A stretch of 64,000 bases of DNA from Candidatus Latescibacterota bacterium (GTDB taxonomy: Bacteria > Latescibacterota > UBA2968 > UBA8231), in assembly GCA_965203175.1 (NCBI GenBank), contig OZ241867.1, positions 3,680,001 through 3,744,000 of the forward strand, given 5' to 3'. A program made the translations under genes and the position numbers. Under the pieces are notes generated by a model. That model had not been told where the DNA came from and searched no databases. It saw only the letters and a program-made list of their open reading frames with translations. Positions within the stretch are counted from its first letter, which is position 1. Every line of letters begins with the position of its first letter. Below, piece by piece: positions 54,563 to 64,000 of this stretch.

Positions 54563-55391
54563 GACTCCCGTGTTCTCGGTTGTCATTCCCGTGTACAATC
54601 GCCGCGCATTAGTCGGCCGGGCGATCCGTTCGGTACTGGCGCAGCAGGGGGCGGACTTTGAGGTGATCGTAGTTGACGACGCCTCCGACGACGGTACGCC
54701 CGAGCGGGTACGCGAGGAATTTGGCGACGCGGTCAAAATAGTAATTATGGAAGAAAACAGCGGGGTATCCGCCGCGCGCAATCGCGGGATCGCCGCGGCT
54801 GAGAGAGAGTGGATCGCCCTGCTCGATTCGGATGACGAGTGGTTGCCCAACAAACTCACACAACAATCAGCGGCCCTGCGCGAGAGCGGGTTGTTAATCT
54901 GTCACACCGACGAGATCTGGATCCGCAATGGCGTGCGGGTCAACCCTCACAAACACCACCAGAAATACGGCGGCGACATTTTCTTTCGGGCTTTGCCGTT
55001 GTGTGTTATGTCGCCTTCGTCGATTGCAATTCACCGCCAGGTTTTTGTGGATGTTGGGATGTTTGACGAATGTCTGCCTGCCTGCGAGGACTACGAACTT
55101 TGGTTGCGAATTGCCTGCCGCTACGAGGTAGTCTATTTGGCGGAGAAACTCATCCGCAAATACGGTGGCCACGCCGATCAATTATCGCAGGCTCACTACG
55201 CGATGGATCGCTTCCGAGTGTACGCGCTCGACAAGCTGCTGCGCGAGGCACCGCAACTCGCACCGGATCGCGCCGCGGCCGCGCGCGCCATGCTATTGCG
55301 CAAGGCGCGCATTGTCGAGCGCGGAGCCGCCAAGCGCGACAACGCGGAATTGCAGCGGCAGATGGGCGATTATATAGCGCGCTGGCAGTGA
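54555..55391 (+). CDS. Glycosyltransferase family 2
   Basis: SVVIPVYNR, VDDASDD, GVSAARNRG, LDSDD, CEDYELWLR. Confidence 0.92.
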   Translation: MAETPVFSVVIPVYNRRALVGRAIRSVLAQQGADFEVIVVDDASDDGTPERVREEFGDAVKIVIMEENSGVSAARNRGIAAAEREWIALLDSDDEWLPNKLTQQSAALRESGLLICHTDEIWIRNGVRVNPHKHHQKYGGDIFFRALPLCVMSPSSIAIHRQVFVDVGMFDECLPACEDYELWLRIACRYEVVYLAEKLIRKYGGHADQLSQAHYAMDRFRVYALDKLLREAPQLAPDRAAAARAMLLRKARIVERGAAKRDNAELQRQMGDYIARWQ

Positions 55392-55400
55392 TAGGTCGAA

Positions 55401-55439
55401 ATAAAATCCCCCTAGTCCGCAAGACTAGGGGGATTTTAT
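55401..55439. terminator. Bidirectional intrinsic terminator
   Basis: Perfect 17-bp stem ATAAAATCCCCCTAGTC / GACTAGGGGGATTTTAT with a CGCAA loop, between convergent genes. Confidence 0.85.
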
Positions 55440-55458
55440 GATCGTTCTGTAAAGCCTG

Positions 55459-55896
55459 TTATTCGCCGAGTTGTTTCTTGAGTTCTCGCTTGCTTATGGT
55501 GCGGAGTTGGTCAAGCCTTGGGAGGTGCTTGCGGCGCGGTTTGGATGTGCCCGCTTCCCAGCGCAGAACAGTGTTGGTGCTAACGTTGAGTATTTCGCCG
55601 AGTTCGGCTTGAGAGAGCTTGAGGCGCTTGCGATGCTTCTTGATTGTATTCGGGGCGATCCGAAGTTGTTTTCTCCTATCGGTATCGCCTGCGGGTTTGC
55701 GGACTTTGGCGGCTGGTTTGGCAGCAGCCGATTTGGTAGTGGCCTTTGCCTTCGCTGAGCCGAGTTGTTTTTCCAAGCGAGCGATCGCATCGCGTTGTTC
55801 GCGCACTGTTTGCTTGAGCTCGCGCACTTGGTCTTGCACCTCTTTGCGGGCGATCTTACTGATCTCTTCTCTCAAAAGAGTTGCTATGCTAGGCAT
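55459..55896 (-). CDS. XRE-family HTH protein with N-terminal coiled coil
   Basis: MPSIATLLREEISKIARKEV coiled coil; RKRLKLSQAELGEILNVSTNTVLRWEAGTSKP HTH. Confidence 0.85.
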   Translation of the reverse strand: MPSIATLLREEISKIARKEVQDQVRELKQTVREQRDAIARLEKQLGSAKAKATTKSAAAKPAAKVRKPAGDTDRRKQLRIAPNTIKKHRKRLKLSQAELGEILNVSTNTVLRWEAGTSKPRRKHLPRLDQLRTISKRELKKQLGE

Positions 55897-56183
55897 GAAA
55901 TATCCTTTCACTCTTGAATAGGTTTATGTATAACGTTTCTAAATTAAGAAAAAAACCTAGTATTTAGCAAATGCACCGCAAAGTGATATTGCACGTGCTA
56001 ACGGAAAAGTAGCAAAAGACGGTGCAGTAAATATTCTCATCTTCTACCGGAATATTAGAGACAAAACCCTCTTGTCGGTCCAAACAAAGGACAACAACAG
56101 GGATTGTTCTTATAACTGAATTGCTAGCGACGGTATGCGACAAATTGCGCACGTCATTACAACTTTTGTCGAACGTTTTTACG

Positions 56184-57638
56184 CTAGGCGTTGTAAGCCG
56201 TCGATGCCGTAGTTCCTCCACGCCCGGTCCAGTTGGTGTGAAAAAACATGCCGCGCGGTTTGTCAGTGCGCTCATACGTGTGGGCACCAAAGTAATCGCG
56301 TTGGGCTTGGAGCAGGTTGGCGGGTAGGCGGGCGGAGCGATAGCCGTCGTAGTACGCAAGGGCACTGGCAAAGGTCGGTACGGGTATGCCGAGGGTCGTA
56401 GCTGTAGCCACGACTCTGCGCCAAGACGCTTGGGCTTGCGCGATTGCTGCGCTGAAGTACGGTGCGAGCAGCAGATTGGCCAGCGTTGGATCCGCGTCAA
56501 AGGCTTCCTTGATGCGGCCCAAAAACTGAGCGCGAATGATGCAGCCGCCGCGCCACAGCAGGGCGATGCCGCCATAGTTGAGTTCCCATCCATATTCGCG
56601 GGCAGCGAGGGCGAGCAATTGATAGCCTTGGGCGTAGGAACAAATTTTAGCCGCGTACAAGGCTTGGCGGATGTCTGCGACAAAAGCGTCTTTGTCGCCA
56701 GTGAATGAAGCGTCTGGGCCTTGGAGGACATCGGCCGCAGCTACGCGCTCGTCTTTGAGAAAGGATAGGGCGCGGCTGAAGACCGCCTCGGTAATGGCGG
56801 TTACTGGAGCGCCCAATTGCAGGGCGTCGATGCCGGTCCACTTGCCGGTGCCCTTTTGGCCGGCCGCGTCGAGTATGACATCGACCATTGGCTGGCCGGT
56901 TTCTTCGTCGATCTTGGCGAGGATATCGCCAGTGATTTCGATGAGGTAGCTGTCGAGTTCGCCCTCGTTCCACTGCTTGAAAATTTCGCTCTGTGCCTGC
57001 GGCTCGATGCCGAGGCCTTCGCGCATCAGGGCGTATGCCTCGGCGATCATCTGCATGTCGCCGTATTCGATGCCGTTGTGGACCATTTTTACATAGTGGC
57101 CGGCACCGTCGCGGCCCACCCAATCGCAACACGGGTTGCCGTCGGCGACTTTGGCGGCAATGGCTTGAAAGAGAGCTTTGATGTGGGGCCAGGCCGCGGG
57201 ATTGCCCCCAGGCATGATACTCGGGCCTTTGAGCGCGCCCTCCTCGCCACCGGAGACGCCCGTGCCCACGTAGAGCAAACCTTTGGCTGCGAGCTCTTGG
57301 GTGCGACGGGCCGTGTCTTGGTAGTTGGAGTTGCCGCCGTCGATGAGGATGTCGCCTTGGTCGAGCAGGGGCACGAGTTCGGCTATAACGCGGTCCACGG
57401 CTTGGCCGGCTTGAACCATCAGCATCACGCGGCGCGGCTTTTTGAGCTGGGCGAGCAGTTCGGCTGGCGAGTGGGTACCTATGATGGATTTACCGCGGGC
57501 GCGACCGGCCATAAAGGCATCGACCTTAGCGGTTGTGCGGTTGTAAACGGCAACAGTGAAACCGTGACTAGCCATGTTGAGGACGAGGTTTTCGCCCATC
57601 ACGGCTAGGCCGATTAGGCCGATGTCTGCTCGGCTCAT
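56184..57638 (-). CDS. gnd: 6-phosphogluconate dehydrogenase, decarboxylating (NADP+)
   Basis: [57 protein letters not shown]. Confidence 0.97.
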   Translation of the reverse strand: MSRADIGLIGLAVMGENLVLNMASHGFTVAVYNRTTAKVDAFMAGRARGKSIIGTHSPAELLAQLKKPRRVMLMVQAGQAVDRVIAELVPLLDQGDILIDGGNSNYQDTARRTQELAAKGLLYVGTGVSGGEEGALKGPSIMPGGNPAAWPHIKALFQAIAAKVADGNPCCDWVGRDGAGHYVKMVHNGIEYGDMQMIAEAYALMREGLGIEPQAQSEIFKQWNEGELDSYLIEITGDILAKIDEETGQPMVDVILDAAGQKGTGKWTGIDALQLGAPVTAITEAVFSRALSFLKDERVAAADVLQGPDASFTGDKDAFVADIRQALYAAKICSYAQGYQLLALAAREYGWELNYGGIALLWRGGCIIRAQFLGRIKEAFDADPTLANLLLAPYFSAAIAQAQASWRRVVATATTLGIPVPTFASALAYYDGYRSARLPANLLQAQRDYFGAHTYERTDKPRGMFFHTNWTGRGGTTASTAYNA

Positions 57639-59329
57639 TGGACTTCTCCTGTAAGGTCGTTGTTCGAGTCTAAGGCGCGGCGCAATTGGGCAATACCCGC
57701 GTCGATGTCCGCGCCTAGATGGATGCAGAGTACGGCTCTTCCTTGATCGACGAGGGCTTGGCGGTCGCCGAGGGCTTGGGCTTGGGCGAGGACGCCGAAC
57801 GTGATGCTAGAGGCCGAGGTTCCGGCTTCGTCGGGAATCGGCGCATCCTCTGCTGAGTCGGCCGTTAGCTGAATGAAAAGTCCGCGTCCGGCGTCGCCCT
57901 TGTGCAATTGGCCGGTCGAGTGCAGGAAGCGCGGCCCAAAGCCGAGGGTCGTAGCTAGACCGGTGCGCGCTAGTAGCTGGCGGCGCAGATCCTGTAGGGC
58001 GTTGGTGGTCGCCGGGGTCGGCGGGAGGTGCGCTTGCAGGGCAATGTACGCGCGTCCTGGTTCGCCGATTGCCAGAAAGTGCGCCAAGGCCTGTGGTAAG
58101 GTGGTGCCCTGTACTGGTCCGTATAGCGCGAGACCATCGACGAGATCGGGTGTGGAGGCGGGCAGCGCGCCGCGTTGCTGGTAGGTGGCCACCATCTGGC
58201 GGGCCAGTTCCTTGGCTGCCTCGACATCGGGCTGGTCGAAGGGATGGATGTCGAGAAAGAATCCGGCGATGGCCGTGGCAATTTCCCAGTGAAAGAAGGC
58301 CGCGCCGAGATCGTAGGCGTCTGCTAACTGGAGGCGCAGGATCGGGTGTCCGGCTGCGGCAATGGCTTGGGCGTGGGTATCGGCCGCGTCGTCCAAACGG
58401 AGATGGATGAAGAGCCGATCAGGTCCGTAGGTGTGGGCTGCGCACTCAGGTTCTAGATCGACTGGCAGCAGGCCCTTGCCGTCTTTGCCCGTACTCTCGG
58501 CGATGAGTTGCTCGATCCAAGCGCCCGCCGCGCTGGTGGCTGGCGAAGTGATGAGCGTTAGCTTGTCGCGGCCAGCGAGCGCACCAGCGCCGAGAAAGGC
58601 ACCGAGTTGGATGCCCGGTTGCGGGTCGGTAGTGGCTCGCTCGGCCCGATCGAGCAGGCGGTCGAGATCCGCACCAATGGCACCGACCGCGACCAAGCCA
58701 TAGTACGACAGGGCCGAGTAGCGCCCGCCGATGTTGGGGTCGTTGCGGAAGATATGGCGAAAGCCGAGGTGTTGCGCGAGGGATTCGAGGCCGCTGCTTG
58801 GATCGGTGATAGCGGCGAAGTGCTGTCCGGCTTCCTCTAGCCCGACAGCGTTTGCCGTGCGGTTGTAGAAGTACTTGAGCAAGGACAGCGTCTCTACGGT
58901 GCCGCCGGATTTGGTGGCCGGGAGAAATAGGGTGCGGGTTAGGTCGAGGGTGCGCTCTTTGGCTAAGACGGCGTCGGGCTGGGTGCTGTCGAGTACCGAG
59001 AGGTCGAGAAAACCGTCGGCGACGCCAAAAATCGCGCGGAAGACTTCCGGCGCGAGGCTAGAGCCGCCCATGCCCAACAGCAGGGCGTGGGTGTAGCCAT
59101 CGGCGCAGACGGCGTCGATGAATTGGCGGATGGGGCCGATGGCATCCCGCATGACGTGCGGGCTGTCGAGCCACCCGAGCCGGTTGGCTATCTCGGTTGG
59201 GTCGGGCCGCCAGACAGTGTGATCGCGCGCGAGGATGCGCCCATAGACGCGCTCGGCGGCTAGGCGCTCGGCGGCCTGCTGCACCTGTGCGCCGAAATCG
59301 GCCGAGGCCCGAAGGGCAGAAATCTGCAT
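57635..59329 (-). CDS. pgi: Glucose-6-phosphate isomerase (PGI half of the Tal-Pgi type)
   Basis: [67 protein letters not shown] overlap with gnd. Confidence 0.9.
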   Translation of the reverse strand: MQISALRASADFGAQVQQAAERLAAERVYGRILARDHTVWRPDPTEIANRLGWLDSPHVMRDAIGPIRQFIDAVCADGYTHALLLGMGGSSLAPEVFRAIFGVADGFLDLSVLDSTQPDAVLAKERTLDLTRTLFLPATKSGGTVETLSLLKYFYNRTANAVGLEEAGQHFAAITDPSSGLESLAQHLGFRHIFRNDPNIGGRYSALSYYGLVAVGAIGADLDRLLDRAERATTDPQPGIQLGAFLGAGALAGRDKLTLITSPATSAAGAWIEQLIAESTGKDGKGLLPVDLEPECAAHTYGPDRLFIHLRLDDAADTHAQAIAAAGHPILRLQLADAYDLGAAFFHWEIATAIAGFFLDIHPFDQPDVEAAKELARQMVATYQQRGALPASTPDLVDGLALYGPVQGTTLPQALAHFLAIGEPGRAYIALQAHLPPTPATTNALQDLRRQLLARTGLATTLGFGPRFLHSTGQLHKGDAGRGLFIQLTADSAEDAPIPDEAGTSASSITFGVLAQAQALGDRQALVDQGRAVLCIHLGADIDAGIAQLRRALDSNNDLTGEVQ

Positions 59330-59429
59330 TGGATGTCCTACGCGATTTGTCTTCTACGTTGGGAATGCTTAAAGAAAGTACGCGGTCGGACGGGGAGCGC
59401 AAACGACGCGATTCAGCGAGAGGAACTCT

Positions 59430-59663
59430 ATGCAAGCGACACTTTATACAGACGATGGGGCGTATTTCATCCGCTTGGGCAATGGTTTGGTACTCCGGTG
59501 GTGCCAAGCGGAAGAGGGGTGGAACAAGAACCGAGTCGAGTTGCCCGGCGGGGCTAGGCAGATCGACTTCGCGGACCTGCCGGAGGTCCTGCGCGAAGAG
59601 GTGCTAGCGGTTTTGGCGCGCGCCGCGGCGATGCAAGGGGCGATGGGAGGGGCGAATAACTGA
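59430..59663 (+). CDS. Small hypothetical protein (77 aa)
   Basis: GAGAGGA RBS, natural-looking sequence, fills the gap between pgi and the next gene. Confidence 0.6.
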   Translation: MQATLYTDDGAYFIRLGNGLVLRWCQAEEGWNKNRVELPGGARQIDFADLPEVLREEVLAVLARAAAMQGAMGGANN

Positions 59664-59707
59664 ATTGTCGCCTGACGCAAATGGCTCATGCTGACTTAGC
59701 AGGCTCG

Positions 59708-61939
59708 TCAATTGCGAGCAGGGCTGTGGTGGCCTTGGGCCGCGCCATCCCGCTCGGGTGCCAAAGACACGGCCTTCCGCACTAGTGGAATTAAGGCCGC
59801 TTGGCCTTGCCGCACCCGATAAGCCTGGTCCAGCGGAACATCCGCAAAGCGCTGAACCTCGTCCTCGCCCGGCCAGATTATCGCAATTTCCCGGATGGCC
59901 GTGGCCTGTCCCAGACCGATTTCCTGTTGCAGGCTCGAAGCTCCGAAGCTGGCACCGCTGCTCACCGTCCTGTGGATTGATCGGGTGTCCCCTGAAGTTT
60001 CTACTTGGACCTCGACGCGGGCTCCAATGGCACTGCGATTGGCTTGGGTGCCCTCCAAGAGCAAGGTGATCCAGTGGTGGCCGTGTCCGGGATTTTCGAA
60101 AAGGACATTCTGGAAGATATCCCCCGTATAGGCCCCGCCTATGACCGCGTAGATATCCTGGTCGCCATCGTTGTCTAAATCGCCGACAGCCACCCCGTGT
60201 CCTTTCTGCAAATGGCCGAAGCCGCCCGAGGCGGTGACGTCCTGAAAGACCCGTCCTCCGGCGTTGCGAAACATGCGGTTGGGCATCACCGAGCGCAGGG
60301 AAGGCGCGCCTGTGCCAGCATAGAAATCGAGCCAGCCGTCGTTGTCTAGATCGACGTAATTGCACCCCATCGTATAGAGCACTTTGTGGAGGTGGTGGCC
60401 CTGGCTGACATCGGCAAAGGTGCCGTTGCCTCGGTTGCGAAAAAGTCGGGCGCGTTCGGCGTCGGTGGGCAGGCCCAGATAATCGGCTGCTACATCCCCG
60501 GCGTTGATTTCGGGATTGTAGTGATAACCCGAAGCGAATAAGTCGAGCCAGCCGTCGTTGTCAAAGTCCCAAAACCAAGTGGGGAAACTGTTGTGCGGCT
60601 GTTTGACTCCTGCTAGGCTGGCTACATCGACGAAGCGCGGCCCTTCGGTCGATTCGGTCCCTCGGTTGCGGAAGAGGAAATTGTCGCCCATCAGGCGCGA
60701 GACGTATAAATCGACCTGCCCATCGTTGTCAAAGTCTCCCCAAGTCGCGCCCTTGACAAAGCCTTGGGTGGCTAATCCGAGAGAGGCGGCCTTTTCGGCG
60801 AAGGTGCCGTCGCCTTGGTTGTGGAAGAGTTCGCTGGGGTGGATATCACCGTCGTCGAGAAAGGTCTCGTTGCCGATGAATAGATCGAGCCAGCCATCGT
60901 TGTCGAAGTCGGCCCAAGCCGCGGTCTGGGTGGGATGGAAACTGAGTAAGCCTGCCGCTTCTGTCACGTCGGCAAAGGTGCCGCCTTGGTTGCGCACCAG
61001 CGAATTGGGGTGCTGGCCGTCGACTCCCATCCAAGCTCCTCGCAGGACCAGAAAATCGAGCCAGCTATCGTTGTCGAAATCGGCGTGGACCAGTTGCAGA
61101 CCACCGGTGAGGCCAGTGAGGCCGACTGCTTGGGTGCGCTCGCTGAAAGTGCCATCGCCTTGGTTGCGGAAATAGCGGAGTTGGTCGTCTAAGGCCCAAG
61201 ACGAGACCACTAGATCGAGTAGGCCGTCGTTGTCAAAATCGTCCATGATGCTGCCGCCGGATAAGGATACCAAGTCGAGCCTCAGGAAGGGAGCGATGTC
61301 GGGGAAGTGGCCGATGTCGTACTCAGAGGCAAAAAGCGACGGCGCGAGAAGCCACTGGGACGGGACTTGATCGGGGTACTCCCCTAGGGTCATATAGGCG
61401 ATATTGAGAAGCCAGCGAGCGGTCAAATCGTCGGGATTTTGCTCCAGCACGGTGGTGAAGTAGGCCAAGGCCGTCCGCGATCCCTGTGGGTCGGCGTGAA
61501 CGCCGTCGGGACCGATGGGGAATAGACACGCGGCTGTCGTATGACCTTCCAGACAATTGACCTGTTCGCCCAAGCGCATATAGGCGAGACCCAAGATCAT
61601 GTCTAGGCTCGGCTGCGTGCGGATCCGATGATGTTCGATCTCAGGCTGCAATGCGTATAATTCGTCAATGGAAGCCTGAGTCTGGCCAGCTCGCAGACGC
61701 TCGCGGGCCAATACAATCCGGGTGCGCAGGCGGGCTAGGGGATATGAGTGTTCTTGTAGGCGGCTGAAGTGCTCCACCCGCAAGTCGTTCAGATAGATGT
61801 TGGAAATCGGATTGCGGTTGAGGGCAATTTGTCGCAGACGCTCGGCCATTCGCTGGGTATCCGCAGCGGACGGCGGAGCTTCGGGAGCTGTACAGGCGGC
61901 TAGGGATACGACGGCTAGGGAGAGGGTAGAGTACAGCAT
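59708..61939 (-). CDS. CRTAC1-like FG-GAP/VCBS repeat lipoprotein with TPR region and ASPIC/UnbV domain
   Basis: Lipobox LAAC; repeated DFDNDGxLDL/N.GDGTF; C-terminal NRSAIGARV...QQEIGLG...IIWP. Confidence 0.9.
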   Translation of the reverse strand: MLYSTLSLAVVSLAACTAPEAPPSAADTQRMAERLRQIALNRNPISNIYLNDLRVEHFSRLQEHSYPLARLRTRIVLARERLRAGQTQASIDELYALQPEIEHHRIRTQPSLDMILGLAYMRLGEQVNCLEGHTTAACLFPIGPDGVHADPQGSRTALAYFTTVLEQNPDDLTARWLLNIAYMTLGEYPDQVPSQWLLAPSLFASEYDIGHFPDIAPFLRLDLVSLSGGSIMDDFDNDGLLDLVVSSWALDDQLRYFRNQGDGTFSERTQAVGLTGLTGGLQLVHADFDNDSWLDFLVLRGAWMGVDGQHPNSLVRNQGGTFADVTEAAGLLSFHPTQTAAWADFDNDGWLDLFIGNETFLDDGDIHPSELFHNQGDGTFAEKAASLGLATQGFVKGATWGDFDNDGQVDLYVSRLMGDNFLFRNRGTESTEGPRFVDVASLAGVKQPHNSFPTWFWDFDNDGWLDLFASGYHYNPEINAGDVAADYLGLPTDAERARLFRNRGNGTFADVSQGHHLHKVLYTMGCNYVDLDNDGWLDFYAGTGAPSLRSVMPNRMFRNAGGRVFQDVTASGGFGHLQKGHGVAVGDLDNDGDQDIYAVIGGAYTGDIFQNVLFENPGHGHHWITLLLEGTQANRSAIGARVEVQVETSGDTRSIHRTVSSGASFGASSLQQEIGLGQATAIREIAIIWPGEDEVQRFADVPLDQAYRVRQGQAALIPLVRKAVSLAPERDGAAQGHHSPARN

Positions 61940-61969
61940 TATAGCATTCCTGCGAGCATTGTTTGGGTG

Positions 61970-64000
61970 CTAGGCTTTAGCTGCAATAAGCTGGGCGATG
62001 AGGTCGTCGAGGCGGTTGCGGGCTGCCGCTAGACCGGCTGGTGTGAAACGCACAAGACGCTCTTCGTCTAAGTCGGTAAAGTACAGCGTAGCGCGGTATT
62101 CGTCTTGGCCCGGATGGAGGCTCTGTAAGCAGAGGGCGTAAATTTCCAACTGCAGTCGGTAGTATTGTACTGCCTCTTCTGTGTTCGCGCGGTGGCCGGT
62201 CTTGTAATCGACTAGCTCCCACAGTCCGTCGGCTCCGCGCCCTATGTAATCGACTACTCCGTGTACTAAACCGCGCTCCAGCGAGAGCGTAAAGCGCACT
62301 TCGGTACGAGCTTCCGCATGGGCGAGCCAGCGTTCGGCTAAGGGCGATTGACGACAGCGGCGCAACAGGGCTGCCAACTCGCGCTCGAACGGGTCGCGAT
62401 AGGAGGCTACGGGTAGGCTGGCGGCGGTGACGAGGTCGGCGGCGAGGGCTGCGGGATCGGCGTCTGGGCTATTACTCAGGGCTTCTATACCGGCATGGGC
62501 AAGCTGGCCGAAGAGCATGCCACGGCGGCGGCGCGCATCTACTTGGCCGAGAGGCCACGGCGGCAGGCCCAGCGCGTACTGGCGATGGTGCGCGGCTGGA
62601 TCTGCGGCGAAGAGAACCAACTCGCTGGCCGCAAATTCGGGCCGGTCCTGGAGATCGTCGAGCGGCGAGAGTAGGTCCAACATCGGTTCTGCCACTTGGG
62701 TGGGCGCGGCGTCGAGGGCTCGAAAGGCTGGCTCGGCCCGGTGATCGGTACTCGTGGGGGCTGGAAACGCACTGGGGTCGGTGTGGATGGGCAAGGGGGA
62801 TGGCACGCCTGCAACTGCCTTGGTACCTCGGGCGAGGTCGGACTCTGTCAATTCTAAGCTCCCACAAATCCAGCCAAGACAGTCCGCAGCCGCGTCGAGG
62901 TCGGCGGCAAAGTGCTTGTCGGTAAGCGCGCCGCCGAGCAGCAAATGGTCGCGGGCGCGGGTGCAAGCCACGTATAGCAGGCGCTTCTCTTCGGCGCGCT
63001 GGCGACGGCTCGCGTTGCGATTGATGAGGGTGCGGACAAAGGAGGAGATCCTTTTGTAATCCTGCTCGGGATCAAGCGCGCGCAAGCCGATGCCCTTTTC
63101 CGCGTCAATGAGCGCAGGGTCGCTGTTTTGAAAATTGAATCGCGCGGCTAAGTCGGGCACTACGACGATGGGAAATTCCAAGCCCTTGGCCGCATGTACG
63201 GTCAGGATGTGCAAGGCGTCCGCGTCGAGGACGGCTTCGCCCTCTTGTTCTTCTGTAGTCAGCAAGTCGAGGCGAGCTGCGAAATCGGCGAGGGGGCCGC
63301 GGAATTCGCGGGCGAGATCGAGGAGCTTGTACACGTTGGCCACGGCCTGCTCCCCGCGCTCGCCATAGCAGAGAAAGCCCCAAGCCCCAGTGTCTTCTAG
63401 GATGGTGTGGAGGAGCTCGACAAGAGGGACGCGGTCGCGCAGCTCGCCCCAATACTGGAGTCGGGCGACGGCGTCCTCGGCGGCCTCTTGGTCCGCAGGG
63501 ACCAGACGCTGCCGCTGATCCGCGTCCGCGAGATTCTTTGCGAGCCGCCCGCCTTGGGGTGCAGTCAGCGCGTACAGCGCGTTGTCCGAAAGGCCGAAGT
63601 ACGGCGAGCGCAACGCGCCCATCAGGGCGATGCCGTCGCCGGAATTGCACAGGACGCGGAGGATATTGGCTAGGTCGTAGATTTCTTGGCGCTGGTAAAA
63701 GCCTCGGCCCCCGGCTACTTGGAAGGGGATGCCGCAGGCCCGCAGCGCGTCTTCGTACGCGGAGAGATTGCGGCGGCGGCGCAGGAGCAAGGCGATGTCT
63801 TTGGGTTCGGGTGGACGCAAACCGTCTTGGTCGGCGACTTGCAGGTCGTTGCCTTCCAAAAGGTGACTCAGACGGCGGGCGACCAATTCGGCTTCGCGTA
63901 GCGCAATTTCCGTCGCGTTGCAGTTGACGTCCGGTGGCAAGAGTAAAAGCTCGACCGAACCCTCGCTTACATTGGTGGGGCGGCACCCAACGAGCGGGTC
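61970..64000 (-). CDS. addA: AddA/UvrD-like helicase-nuclease, C-terminal part (runs off the right edge)
   Basis: DIALLLR, GRGFYQRQEI, LRSPYFG, LTVHAAKGLEFP, EEKRLLYVACTRA; RecB-type nuclease GVVD...VDYKT...QLEIY. Frame stays open to base 64000. Confidence 0.9.
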   Translation of the reverse strand, partial: DPLVGCRPTNVSEGSVELLLLPPDVNCNATEIALREAELVARRLSHLLEGNDLQVADQDGLRPPEPKDIALLLRRRRNLSAYEDALRACGIPFQVAGGRGFYQRQEIYDLANILRVLCNSGDGIALMGALRSPYFGLSDNALYALTAPQGGRLAKNLADADQRQRLVPADQEAAEDAVARLQYWGELRDRVPLVELLHTILEDTGAWGFLCYGERGEQAVANVYKLLDLAREFRGPLADFAARLDLLTTEEQEGEAVLDADALHILTVHAAKGLEFPIVVVPDLAARFNFQNSDPALIDAEKGIGLRALDPEQDYKRISSFVRTLINRNASRRQRAEEKRLLYVACTRARDHLLLGGALTDKHFAADLDAAADCLGWICGSLELTESDLARGTKAVAGVPSPLPIHTDPSAFPAPTSTDHRAEPAFRALDAAPTQVAEPMLDLLSPLDDLQDRPEFAASELVLFAADPAAHHRQYALGLPPWPLGQVDARRRRGMLFGQLAHAGIEALSNSPDADPAALAADLVTAASLPVASYRDPFERELAALLRRCRQSPLAERWLAHAEARTEVRFTLSLERGLVHGVVDYIGRGADGLWELVDYKTGHRANTEEAVQYYRLQLEIYALCLQSLHPGQDEYRATLYFTDLDEERLVRFTPAGLAAARNRLDDLIAQLIAAKA

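Noticed and set aside
57635-59329. pgi as a truncated transaldolase-PGI pseudogene
   Set aside because: The ORF is intact with all PGI motifs and is coupled to gnd. Standalone versions of this PGI type are plausible.
61970-64000. Helicase-nuclease as an anti-phage defence gene
   Set aside because: Motifs fit housekeeping AddA; the partner addB probably lies outside the window.

Overview
A GC-rich (roughly 60-65% by eye), gene-dense bacterial chromosome segment with about 55 genes. I found no rRNA, tRNA, CRISPR array, transposase or phage genes. The organism is diderm (lnt, lptE-like, dsbD, tatC). Its gene content (BMC vertex triplet, PhyH dioxygenase, ASPIC/UnbV protein, plant-like acyl-ACP desaturase) loosely suggests a marine FCB/PVC-type lineage such as Latescibacterota, but that is inference only. 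Housekeeping genes include ispH, mnmG, lipA, coaX, rarA, radC, gnd, pgi, a ribB-like gene and a partial addA. Best candidates for undescribed biology: (1) a ~10 kb corrinoid methyl-transfer operon (23.4-34.3 kb) with a FadR-type operator inside its promoter, led by an unknown protein with two CGHxH repeats and ending coupled to mnmG; (2) an in-frame Lnt-TatC fusion with both sets of functional motifs intact; (3) three BMC-P (EutN/CcmL) genes coupled to ispH, with no hexamer or cargo genes in the window; (4) a Fis-like HTH/PspA/duplicated membrane protein operon divergent from an acyl-ACP desaturase across phased 20-bp repeats; (5) a perfect 19-bp inverted repeat over a near-consensus sigma70 promoter of an orphan gene; (6) a 27-bp tandem repeat that also duplicates the start of an LptE-like gene. 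All product calls come from motif recognition by eye, with no database searches.
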